A DNA stretch of 64,000 nt, taken from positions 32,860,001-32,924,000 of the forward strand of contig OX597837.1 in the NCBI GenBank assembly GCA_951406725.2, in the 5' to 3' direction. Position 1 is the stretch's first letter. Each line of letters opens with the position of its first letter. This document shows positions 24,792 through 37,004 of this stretch, piece by piece. The notes beneath the pieces are model-generated. The model made no database searches. It had not been told where the DNA came from and worked only from the letters and a program-made list of their open reading frames with translations. The DNA is from Octopus vulgaris (Eukaryota). The position numbers and the translations under genes were made by a program.

Positions 24792-25198
24792 TGGCAGACA
24801 CGTTAGCACGCCAGGCAAAATGCGTAGCCGTATTTCGTCTGTCGTTACGTTCCAAGTTCAAATTCCGCCGCGGTCGACTTTACCTTTCATCCTTTCGGGG
24901 TCGATAAATTAAGTACCAGTTACACACTGGGGTTCGATGTAATCGACTTATTCCCTTTGTCTGTCCTTGTTTGTCCCTTCTGTGTTTGGCCCCTTGTGGG
25001 TAGTAAAGAAATAGGTATTTCGTCTGCAGCTACGTTCTGGGTTCAAATTCCGCCGAGGTCGACTTTGCCTTTCATCCTTTCGGGGTCGATAAATTAAGTA
25101 CCAGTTACACACTGGGGGCCGATGTAATCGACTTATTCCCTTTGTCTGTCCTTGTTTGTCCCTTCTATGTTTGGTCCCTTGTGGGTAGTAAAGAAATA
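24792..25198 (+). mobile_element. SINE-C dimer, 5' truncated
   Basis: Junction GAAATAGGTATTTCG at about 25008-25022. Confidence 0.88.
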
Positions 25199-25716
25199 CA
25201 TATATATATATATATATGATGCAGAGACTGTAGTGTGTGTAAGTTAAAGGAGATTTGGCTACTATTTCTTGCAGGCCGAGTGAACACGTTAGGGAAGGAG
25301 GTTCGGCCACCACGGGTAGAGCTTAAACAATCAGCCAGCAAGCAAGCCAGCCAGCCAGTCAGCCAGCCAGCCAACCGGCAATGGATAAAACGAGGTGAAG
25401 AAACAAAACGAGACGGTTCGCTGCTTCTTTCGTCAGTTTTAATGTATTAAAACAGATGTCTGAAAAAATGGGTACAGCTGAAGGGGAGGAGGAGGAGGAG
25501 AAGGAGATAAAGGGTTTAGTCTTCTCACAGGGCAATTTGGATATCTCTTTCTGACTCTGTCAACATCTCTCTTTCTCCCTCTCACTCTTACTCTCTCTCC
25601 CCTCTCTCTCTTACTCTCTCTCCCCTCCGTCTCTCACTCTTACTCCCCCTCTCTCTCTCTCTCTTTGTGTGTGTATCTACCTCTCTGCTTCGTTCTCCGT
25701 CCGTCCGTCTTTTTTT

Positions 25717-25803
<87 letters not shown>

Positions 25804-25941
25804 CTCTACATATATATATATACATGTATGTATGTATTTGTCTCTGTGTGTGTAAGAATGAGGGCTATACATGGAGATTGACTTAGAGAAATATATAAAT
25901 GCATATAAAATCTATTCCTACCTTTGTTTTATTCTCTCTCT

Positions 25942-25986
<45 letters not shown>

Positions 25987-26113
25987 AGTGCAAACAAGAA
26001 AGACAGAGAAAGGCAGAAACAAGGAAAATGCCACTTATATTTGAACACTATACAAATATCCCTTTAAAAAAACTTTTCTTTTAATTTTTCTGAATTTAAT
26101 TATTTAATCGTTA

Positions 26114-26151
26114 CAGTTGAAAAGGTCTCAAAATGACCGAAACCGGTACTG
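26114..26151 (+). ncRNA. Minimal type I hammerhead-ribozyme-like motif, degenerate core
   Basis: CAG-TTGAAAA-GGTC(loop)GACC-GAAACCGGTA-CTG: stem I, stem II and palindromic stem III present; core deviates from CUGANGA at 2 positions. Confidence 0.45.
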
Positions 26152-26613
26152 AAATGTTCTTTATAAAATTATTTTAGCATTTTCTATCTTGACTTGTTTT
26201 TTCATATATATATATATATAATAATTAATATGAGCAGCGGTTTACAATGTTTCACAAAAAGGAAAATCACAAATGTCACTAAATGCGACTTGGATGTTAG
26301 ACAACACCTACGTTGCTAGAAATAAGAGCTAAAACGCTCTAATGCCGTATTGTGTAATCTATCTTTAATGCTGTAATCTATCTTTATGTCTCTTTCTCTG
26401 TCTCCCTCTCGTTTAATGTCCCTTTGTCTCCCATTTTCCATCGATGCAATCCCTTTTTTACCTCTTTGATGTCTGTGTTATAAGCCTTTGACAATAATGC
26501 TGACCTTTTTTTGTCCCTTGTCTAACAGCTGCCACCATGGCAACTGTACGTACCCCCATCTACAATCCTAATTCTTAAAACGTGACTGCCATTTTTTTTT
26601 TACAATGGATTCA

Positions 26614-26673
<60 letters not shown>

Positions 26674-27038
26674 GTGATTGAAATGTTTTTGCATGTGTGA
26701 ACTTTTTAATCTATCACAAAATTCACACTTGGATTACCTCAAAGGGTCGATCTCTCTCACTTTCTCTCCCATTCTCTACCTCTCTTATTTCCATTGTGTC
26801 TCCCATCCCCACGTCTCTCTCCTAACCACGATCGCACTCTTCTGTTGCCGAGTACGCAATATTTAGAGACGGCTAGTAGGGCTTGTTTGGCCATAACGCT
26901 CCTACTGGGAAGCGAACAGAAACCCTTGTAAGGCGTACCTTTGAAACCTATAGAAGTGACCCAGACCCGTGCAGAGATGGGAGAGGAGAGGACAACTAGA
27001 CCAGTTGATAGTAAATGAAACCTTCCACCGCACACAGG

Positions 27039-27953
27039 CGAAAGGAGAACCGGATCTTTTCAATTCTGAAGCCAGTTTTTTCAAATTTTTCCTACTGAAC
27101 CAAACAATTTGAAACTTCGTATACTGGTAGAATGTGTCAAAAGTAAACTTAATTGTAAACCAGAATGAAAACGGAATTGTAACTTCTAAGTTTAACGTTG
27201 TTTAATAATTAGAATTTTAACCAATGATATTCTGTCATTCGGCTTTATTTTATTTACTCCGTCTCGACCACCAATTTGGTGACGTATTAAACATCTTAAA
27301 TGTAAACAAGCCGCATGTCTCCGTGAAATCTCCTTCTAATTATTTAACGTACTCATGTTTCCAGGATCCTATAGTCAGCCACCTTCTAATAACAATATTT
27401 AAAACTAGTTAATAAGCCACATGTATTAAATTGAAAATGTTTCCATTCTGTTAGTACTTGCTTTCGTTTGCTATTAAGAAGTGGCATCTCAGTGACGAGG
27501 CTTCTAACAAGATTTCGTTTCTAAGCTAATGCGTTTCATTTCACTTATTGTATTTATTTGTGCAAAAGGCAAGAAATTTAATATTAAAAAAGCAAAGAGC
27601 TGGCAGAAACGTTAGCACGCCGGGCGAAATACGCAGCCGTATTTCGTCTGCCGTTACGTTCTGTGTTTGTTTACAGTTTTCCGAACGTTAGTACGTCACA
27701 AAAGCGCTTTCTACGTCACACTAATAGAATGCAGTCAAGTTTTACACATGAAAACAAACAATCTGATTGGTTAAAATTCGCAGTTTTAATCTACGATTAA
27801 AGTCATAAAATAGATTTTTCTCAAATAAACTAGTTCCAACCTGTGTCTTGTTTTGCTAGACTCTATCAGCATACGAAGTTTCAGAATATTTAGTTAAGTA
27901 GAAAGATCTGTGGTCCTGGCTTCAGAATTGAAAAGATCCGGAGAACCCTTTCG
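27039..27953. mobile_element. Non-autonomous TIR DNA element, superfamily unassigned
   Basis: About 37-bp TIRs CGAAAGG...CCGGATCTTTTCAATTCTGAAGCCAG at 27039-27075 and 27916-27953; subterminal inverted TGAAACTTCGTAT / ATACGAAGTTTCA; SINE-C head fragment inside at about 27597-27663; no clear TSD. Confidence 0.75.
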
Positions 27954-27986
27954 AAATTTATATATATATATACATATTTATATACA

Positions 27987-28029
<43 letters not shown>

Positions 28030-28030
<1 letters not shown>

Positions 28031-28436
28031 GGCGCAGGAGTGGCTGTGTGGTAAGTAGCTTGCTAACCAACCACATGGTTCCGGGTTCAGTCCCACTGCG
28101 TGGCATCTTGGGCAAGTGTCTTCTGCTATAGCCCCGGGCCGACCAATGCCTTGTGAGTGGATATGGTAGACGGAAACTGAAAGAAGCCTGTCGTATATAT
28201 GTATATATATATATATAAGTGTGTGTGTATATGTTTGTGTGTCTGTGTTTGTCCCCCTAGCATTGCTTGACAACCGATGCTGGTGTGTTTACGTCCCCGT
28301 TACTTAGCGGTTTGGCAAAAGAGACCGATAGAATAAGTACTGGGCTTACAAAGAATAAGTCCCGGAGTCGAGTTGCTCGACTAAAGGCGGTGCTCCAGCA
28401 TGGCCGCAGTCAAATGACTGAAACAAGTAAAAGAGT
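28030..28436 (+). mobile_element. SINE-B full length
   Basis: Sequence identity to other copies. Confidence 0.92.
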
Positions 28437-28729
28437 ATATGCAAGTGTGTGTGTTTTCGCTCTGAGGTAGATAGCTTGTAGAGGAGGTTCCCTATATTTT
28501 CAGTCGACCAATTGATTGCTAAAGCTGAACCATGAACGCACCTAAGTTAGCAAATCATTTTCCTACATTGTTTACAATCGTTTCATCATTATTCAATGTA
28601 AACAATCTTGCGTCATGTAAATATATCGACACCTATTGATTAATTTTCCATATGCTATGTAAGATTTCTTTTCATGGTACATGCTGGAAATGATTTCTCA
28701 CGATTTCTACAAAAAATTGTGTGTGTGTA

Positions 28730-28783
<54 letters not shown>

Positions 28784-30255
28784 TGTGTGTGTATGTGTGT
28801 GTGTGTGCGCGCGCGTGCACGTGAATTTATTTCATATTTGAAACGTCTGAAGATGTCGCTGACCATGTTGACCGTAAAATATATGTCTCTGACCATGGAC
28901 ATGTAAAAGACCACAACATGTAGATGTGGTTTCTGACCATGTAGATGGGAACACATAGATCACATGCAGATGTGTTTATTGACCTGGACAGGTGGTTCAT
29001 GTGAACCACCTACCTTGACCGGACCGCTCAGCCACCTGCGCTCTCTGGTGATGAAGGATCGAACTAAAAACGGGCGTATTTTACTATCTGACCCCTTTTA
29101 CACACACACACTTATACATATATAAAAGGGAGTTTCTATCTTGTTGCTTGAGCCGCAAGAAATAGTAACCAGGAGCCCCTAAATTCACACCTTACTGTCT
29201 TTTAAAATGGAAGGACACGTTGAATTATGTAACGGCGAATCATTGTGACTAGGAATAAAATAGGATGGTCATAGGTGGAACGTATTTAATCGTAAAGTGT
29301 GATCAGGACTTGCATTGTAGGGTCAGATGGACACACAGACATTCCTTCTTTTAGCGTTGAATCGATAAGAATTTCCAGGCATCGTTCTGCACTGTGTAGG
29401 TATGTGTGTGAGAGAGTATATAAATGTGTGTGTGAGAGTGTGTATGAACGTGTGTGTGTGTGAGAGAGAGAGAGGGGGGAGTGAGAAAGAAAAACGAGTG
29501 TGGGGTGGAGAGAGGGGGAGAGAGTGTATGTAAATGTGTGAGAGAGAGAGGGGGGAGAGAGTGTATGTAAATGTGTGAGAGAGAGAGAGGGGGGAGAGAG
29601 TGTATGTAAATGTGTGAGAGAGAGAGGGAGGAGAGAGAAAGATACAAAGAGTGTGTATGTGTATGAGAGAGAAAGTATATGTAGAGAGAGTATGTGAATG
29701 TAAATGTGAGAGAGAGAGGGGGAGAGAGAGGGGGGGAGAGAGTGCATGTATACAAATGTGTGAGAGAGGGAGAGATAGACAGAGAGGGATAGGTAGCGAG
29801 TATATGTAAATGTGTGTATGAATGTGAGAGTTTATGCAAATATGTGTGTGTGCGTATGCGCGAGAGTATGAAGACGTGCGTGTCTGAAAGGTGTGTGTGT
29901 GTATGTGTGTGTGTGTGTGCGCGCGGGGGGACGTATGTAAATGTGACTCCTCCCACCACTCCCCTCTACATGATGTCACCAGGTAGAGGGGAGAGGTAGG
30001 AGGAAGAGGAAGATGCCTCCCAGTTAAGAGATTTGTTATTGTTTCCTTAATACTCTGTTACAAAAACAACAACAACAACAACGACATCAACAGCAACAAC
30101 AATAACAATGGCTTGTCACTTGTCTCACCTGTCACTACATGTATAGACAAGCGGCAATTCTCTCGACTTTCTTTATTGGTCTCTTCTGTTGTTGAAGACT
30201 TCTTAAATCACAATACTCAAACACACGCGCACACACACACTCTCTCACACACACA

Positions 30256-30311
<56 letters not shown>

Positions 30312-30922
30312 CCTGGCATTCCTTCGGAGATGGTATCACGAAAGTGAAAATGAAAATGGTTCTGTTTTGTCTATTTTGTTCGGCAATTCCCGTCAAACTC
30401 TTTTTGTTTCTTTAATTTTTTTCCCCAAGGTTGAAGAGTGAAACAGACGGTCGCTCGCTCGTGTGAGCTCACACTCCAGTACACACACACACACACACAC
30501 ACACATACACACACATATATTTCCTCCTCGTTTTGGTCTAACAACCTTCCATGTTTGTTTCAGTTCGGTTTCCTTGTATGTCTCCACTCTCCTGGTTTTG
30601 TTCCCAACTTTGACCCTCCATAAATCCAAAATTTTATTTTCCTACTTATGGGAGCAACTGTCTTCGAAGACATATATTGTCGTTGAATGCTCGAAATGAG
30701 GAATAAGATAGTCAGCCGACAACTGATGAAGGGTCGTTCTTTGTGTTACTTGTCCTCTTTTCCATTTTTTTCTCTTGTGGTTTGCTTATTTAAATCGTTT
30801 GTTTTCGTACTTCATGTTGTTTACACAGTTGGTGATGTCCTGTAGCCATATATGCATATGTGTGTGTGTGTGTGAGTGTGTGTGTGTGTGTGTATGTATG
30901 TATATACATATACATAATTATA

Positions 30923-31155
30923 AGGCGCTGAGCTGGCAGAAACGTTAGCACGCCGGGCGAAATGCGTAGCCGTATTTCGTCTGCCGTTACGTTCTGAGTT
31001 CAAATTCCGCCGAGGTCGACTTTGCCTTTCATCCTTTCTGGGTCGATTAAATAAAGTACCAGTTACGCACTGGGGTCGATGTAATCGACTTAATCCCTTT
31101 GTCTGTCCTTGTTTGTCCCCTCTATGTTTAGCCCCTTGTGGGCAATAAAGAAATA
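30923..31155 (+). mobile_element. SINE-C monomer in a TA-rich microsatellite
   Basis: Ends AAAGAAATA merging into TATAC. Confidence 0.9.
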
Positions 31156-31664
31156 TATACATATACATAATACGTACGTACATACATACATATGTACGTA
31201 CGTGCGTGCGTGCATGCATGCATGCATACATACATACATACATACATACATACATACATACATACATACATACATACATACATACATACATACATACATA
31301 CATAAATAAACATATGTGTATGTATTACGACGCTTTACTTTGACAATTGCCTCGCCTCCGAAACTCACCGCCAATCCTTGACAGTAAGCAAACTGAAAGA
31401 ATTCTAAAAATCTCCACCAAGTTTAGACACGTCCGCAGCGAGGGAAGTTGTTATTGATTTACATATGTCAAAGGTCAGGGTAAGAGACTTAGACGTGAAT
31501 ATAAATCTGTTTGTTTTTTTTTATCTGTTATTTGTTTCATTCACTGGGTTTTAGTTGAACAAATTGTCCCCAATATTTGTTTTTCTCTTTAAGCCTGCTA
31601 CTTATTCTGTCGATATCTTACCAAACCGCTAAGCTATTGGGACTAAACAAAGACACTTGTGTGT

Positions 31665-31698
<34 letters not shown>

Positions 31699-31980
31699 CT
31701 GTGTGTGTGTGTGTGTGTCTGTGTGTGTGTGTTTGTGTCCAACCACTGCATGACAGCTGGTGTTGGTTTGTTTACGTCCCTGTAACTTAGTGGTTCGGCA
31801 AAAAAGTCCGACAGAATACGTATCAGTTTTCAGCAAAAAAGTACTGGAGTCGATTTGTTTTACTAACAACCCTTCAAGGCGGTGCACCAGCATGGCCGTA
31901 CTCCAATGACTGAAACGTGTAAAGGATAAATAGTAAAGATTCTTAGTTCAATAAATCTGATAATCTATCGATAATCCAAA

Positions 31981-32355
31981 TCTTTATATATAAAAGAGAA
32001 GTTGTGTGTCTGTCTCCTACGATTTAGATTCCTAACTACTCCCACATTTTGCGGTGCAGTTTAACCAAAAGCGGGTATCTTATAGTCGTGATTCATATCG
32101 AGCCCTTCTGGGTATTAGCGCGCGTCTACGATGAGTCTACGATTTTTTTCCATTTTAATGCATTTTTTCGCTATTATATAAGGGAAGTAACTCTCTAAAA
32201 ATGTCTATGATGAGTCAACGATTAAAAAAAAATTTACCATAATTTTTTTTCGATTTTTAATGCATTTTTTTGCTATTTTTTGGCTATAACTCTCTAAAAA
32301 TGCTTATATAGTTATTTCCCTTACAAACCCGAGCAACGCCGGGCGATACTGCTAG
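31981..32355 (+). mobile_element. Non-autonomous Helitron
   Basis: Sits between A (31980) and T (32356); 5' TC; 3' hairpin CCCGAGCAACGCCGGG followed by CTAG; no TSD. Confidence 0.85.
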
Positions 32356-32504
32356 TGCATTATAAAGAACCACTTGAACTGGTTCGGTGTTTCATTTAGA
32401 TTAAAATTGTTAATTGAAGACTTTGATATTGATACAATTGATAAGCTATTGATTTTAAGATATTGATCAGTGATAACAGAAAGATTCTTCATTATTTAAC
32501 AAGG

Positions 32505-33965
32505 GGAAGGCAGCGAGCTGGCAGAATCGTTAGTACGCCAGGCAAAATGATTGGTGACATTTCGTCTGTCTTTATGTTCTGCGTTCAAATTCCATCGAGA
32601 TCGACTTTGCCTTTCATCCTTTCGGGGTCGATGAAATAAGTACCAGTTATACACTGAGGTCGATATAATGGACAACCCCCTTCCCCCAAAATTCTCAAGG
32701 CTTTTGTGCCTAGAGGAGAAATATTTATTTAACAAAAGGTTAGCCTAGCGGGCAAAATGCTTTGCGGCGTTTCTTCTGGCTTTACGTTCTGAGTTCAAAA
32801 TCGCCTTTCCTCCTTTGGGAGTTGATAAAATAAGTACCAGTGAAATACTGGGGTCGATGTGTCTATAGTAGAAAGGATTATGTAGCAAAAGGCAAGGTAA
32901 CGAGCTGGTAGAAAGTGTTAGCGCGTCGATCAAAATGCTCAACAGTATTTGCGGCGAGCTGGTAGAAACGTTAGCGCGCCGGGCGAAATGCTTAGCGGTA
33001 TTTCGTCTGCCGATGCATTCTGAGTTCAAATTCCGCCGAGGTCGACTTTGCCTTTCATCCTTTCGGGGTCGATTAAATAAGTACCAGTTACGCACTGGGG
33101 TCGATATAATCGACTTAATACCTATGTCTGTCCTTATTTGTCCTCTCTGTGTTTAGCCCCTTGTGGGTAATAAAGAAATAGGTATTTCGTCTGCCGCTGC
33201 GTTCTGAGTTCAAATTTCGCCGAGGTCGACTTTGCCTTTCATCCTTTCGGGGTCGATTAAATAAGTACCAGTTACGCACTGGGGTCGATATAATCGACTT
33301 AATACCTATGTCTGTCCTTATTTGTCCTCTCTGTGTTTAGCCCCTTGTGGGTAATAAAGAAATAGGTATTTATTTTAGCTCTTTACTTTCTGACTTCAAA
33401 TTCTTCCGAAGTCCACTTCACCTCTCATCCTTTCAGTGTTGATAAAAATAAAGTACCTGTCAAGTACAGGAGGTCAATCGACTTATCCCCCACCCCCTCA
33501 AAATTGCAGGTCTGATGCCAAAATTAGAATGATTTAAAGGCGACGAGCCTACAGAATCGTCAAACGCTTCGAACAAAATGCTTAGAGATATTTCGTTCGC
33601 TGTTACGTTCTGAGTTCAAATTCCGCCGAGGTTGACTTTGCCTTTCATCTTTGCGGGCTCGATAGATTAAGTACCAGTTGTGTACTGGGATCGATCTAAT
33701 CAACTGGCCCCCTCCCCCAAATTTCAGGCCTTGTGCCTATAGTAGAAAGGATTATTATTATTATGGCGGCTAGCTGACAGAATTGTTATGCCGTCAGACA
33801 AAATGTTTAGTGTTGTTTGTTCTGGCTCTTTACGTTCTGAGTTCAAATTCTGCTGAGGTCACCTTTACTTTTCATCCTTTCAGGGTCAATAGAATAAGTA
33901 CCAGTTATACAATTGGGTTGATGTAATCTGCCTCCTCCCCTACCGCTTCGAAAGAATTATTAGGA
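32505..33965 (+). mobile_element. Cluster of at least 6 same-orientation SINE-C and C-related copies of different ages, including a young dimer at 32951-33364
   Basis: Repeated GAGCTGG...GTTCAAATTC...CCTTTCATCCTTT...GTACCAG modules; dimer junction at 33181. Confidence 0.85.
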
Positions 33966-34521
33966 GAAAGAATTATTAATTTTGCTTTTTATTTCCCCAC
34001 TCCCTTCCACTTCGTCTTCGATGTGTTCATTCATATCGTAAGGCTGGAAAGAGAAGCGTATTCTTGAACTGGCCTCGGGCACTGAATATCCCGGAACTTT
34101 CTTGGAATTAATGAAAAGGATGGGCTGTTTTTAAAACTGTAGCTTCCAAATTGTCGCAGGACCCATATATAATTTTGGAAAAAATCACACAATGTTACGC
34201 ATAACCTTCGCCATCCCTAATTTTAATAAATTAATATGAAATAGAAATTAATTTAGAGAGCAATTTTATTCAAATAAAAATTTTATATGAATAAATTTTC
34301 GAGAGCAATTTTATTCATATATAATTTATAATAATTTATTATTTTGAAAATGGTGAATAGAATTCTTTTTTCATATACAATAAATTTTTATTAGTTCTTG
34401 CAAATTGTGTGAAAAGTCGTCTTCGCTAAAAGCCAAGAATTTTTCTTGAAACCATTTTAGGGAAACACTGGTTCGTGCTAGTTAAAGGTCTTTGGCATCA
34501 TTTAATTGGTTGTGCAGTTTG

Positions 34522-35167
34522 TGACGTTATGAGTCAGGTGATTGATCATGTGACTGAAAGTTTTGTAGATGATGTCCGTTTATATTGACTGTCGTCAGAA
34601 GACAGCTTTTGCGTTCAAATTAGTTGCGCTGTCGGTGAGGTCAGCTCTTTTTCACAGTTGTCTACTGATATGTTCGTCTTTAAGCTAATCACGTGATTGA
34701 CGGTGTTGTCGACGATAGGCGCAGGAGTGGCTGTGTGGTAAGTAGCTTGCTAACCAACCACATGGTTCCGGGTTCAGTCCCATTGCGTGGCATCTTGGGC
34801 AAGTGTCTTCTGCTATAGCCCTGGGCTGACCAATGCCTTGTGAGTGGATTTGGTAGACGGAAACTGAAAGAAGCCTGTCGTATATGTGTATATGTATGTG
34901 TGTGTGTGTTTGTGTGTCTGTTTGCCCCCCTAGCATTGCTTGACAACCGATGCTGGTGTGTTTATGTCCCCGTTACTTAGCGGTTCGGCAAAAGAGACCG
35001 ATAGAATAAGTACTGGGCTTACAAAAGAATAAGTCCCGGGGTTGAGTTGCTCGATTAAAGGCGGTGCTCCAGCATGGCCGCAGTCAAATGACTGAAACAA
35101 GTAAAAGAGTAAAAAAAAGAGATATCAATCAGTAGACAGATTCGTTTTGGAATTAATCACGTGATTA
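34522..35167. promoter_or_regulatory. Candidate enhancer motif cluster (CRE-like, AP-1, M-box, two extended E-box palindromes) split by SINE-B
   Basis: TGACGTTA 34522, TGAGTCA 34530, TCATGTGA 34546, AATCACGTGATT 34687-34698, TAATCACGTGATTA 35154-35167. Confidence 0.35.
34717..35120 (+). mobile_element. SINE-B full length
   Basis: Sequence identity to other copies. Confidence 0.92.
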
Positions 35168-36202
35168 GCAGTATTGGCAATGGTGGCTGCTCACTTAGAC
35201 AGACATAATTTCTATATTTCAGATCTAAAGTATATTGTGTGACAGGTGTCAGGTATAAGATAGACAAATTAAGCAGTCCGATGATGGTGTTGGTAGTGAT
35301 GGCGGCGGCACAGAATTATCTTTTTTTTACAAAGTTTTTTTTTTACTTTAGATTTACGCTCAATAACTACTGTGAGATGTCTTAAGCAGAGGCTTGAGTG
35401 GCACAGATCGAGATTAATTTAATGTTAGCTAATTTCTTTTTTTCTTCTTTTTTTATGAGACATTTGGCGTACCTAAGTTCTTGGGCATTTCCCCTGCTGT
35501 CCCCCGCTCGCGGTATGTCCATGTACGTGTGCAAATGTATGCATTCCCTCCCCTCTCTCTCCTCCATATATATTGAAAAACGTTGCTATCACCATCAGAC
35601 TGAACAATAATGATTAGAAGGTGTCAAAATTGTGATGATATTTGGTCGACAGCTGATGAGGGAATTAGCATGTCTGCGTCTGATATTTGCTTTCCTCCGT
35701 AAATTTCTTTATCACCTCTCTGTGTAACCTTTATATATATTTATCTATAAATAGCCACCCTGTGAGCTCCACATACCTCCACGCTACGCTACTGTGATAT
35801 TGGTTATCTCCGCTTGTTTGTTGGAGTTGTTCCCAATTGCCACCAGGTGATTTGTTTTTACTTTCTCTGGAAGCAAAGATAATTCCAATAAATCAAGAAT
35901 TTATTTTGTATGGTTTTCAATGTGTGTGTGTGTGTGTGTGTGTTGGTAGTTGTATAATGATGATGGTAGTGGTGATGGTGGTGGATGGCAGATAAGGCAG
36001 TGATCATGGCGAAGGAATTTTATGTTGATGTTGGGAGTGGACGGGATAATGCTGTGTGGCCGGCCATATTTGGTGTGTATGACGTATATACATATATGAA
36101 TCCGTTTATTGTAATCACAGATAATATCATCAAATAGTTATTGTTACCAAAATTAGGATGTCTCAAACTTTTTATTTGAAGTTAATTAAAAATTATCTGT
36201 TT

Positions 36203-36625
36203 AGGCGCAGGAGTGGCTGTGTGGTAAGTAGCTTGCTAACCAACCACATGGTTCCGGGTTCAGTCCCACTGCGTGGCATCTTGGGCAAGTGTCTTCTGCT
36301 ATAGCCACGGGCCGACCAATGCCTTGTGAGTGGATTTGGTAGACGGAAACTGAAAGAAGCCTGTCGTATATATGTATATATATATATATATGTATGTGTG
36401 TGTATATGTTTGTGTGTGTGTTTGTCCCCCTAGCATTGCTTGACAACCGATGCTGGTGTGTTTACGTCCCCGTCACTTAGCGGTTCGGCAAAAGAGACCG
36501 ATAGAATAAGTACTGGGCTTACAAAGAATAAGTCCCGGGGTCGATTTGCTCGACTAAAGGTGGTGCTCCAGCATGGCCGCAGTCGAATGACTGAAACAAG
36601 TAAAAGAGTAAAAGAGAGTAAAGAG
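36203..36625 (+). mobile_element. SINE-B full length
   Basis: Sequence identity to other copies. Confidence 0.92.
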
Positions 36626-36880
36626 TTATTACTAATCACAGCTCCAAATATTGTTATATTCTGTTGTATGCCGGTTATTGTTAGCAAAATCCTTCGCTCC
36701 ACCTCCGGTGATCACAGTAACCGTTTTCCTCCTATGTTCTTCTCTACCCTTCTCTTTCTCTCTGTCCTCCCTCTCACCTTTGTCTATCTGCTTCAAAGAG
36801 ACTGTATCACCCCCTTCTCCTCCCTCTGCCACGGCCATCGTTTTCGTTGGTGGTGGTGGTGGTGGTCGTGGTGATGGTGA

Positions 36881-36925
<45 letters not shown>

Positions 36926-36937
36926 ATGTATAAGCGT

Positions 36938-37004
36938 ATGATGCGTGTTTTGGTCCCGGGTACGCGAATGATGTGTGTTTTGGTCCCGGGTACGCGAATG
37001 ATGT
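36938..37004. repeat. 30-bp tandem duplication
   Basis: ATGATGYGTGTTTTGGTCCCGGGTACGCGA twice plus a partial copy. Confidence 0.85.

Noticed and set aside
25405-25440. Minus-strand CTGACGA as a hammerhead core
   Set aside because: No stem II and no following GAAA in the correct position.
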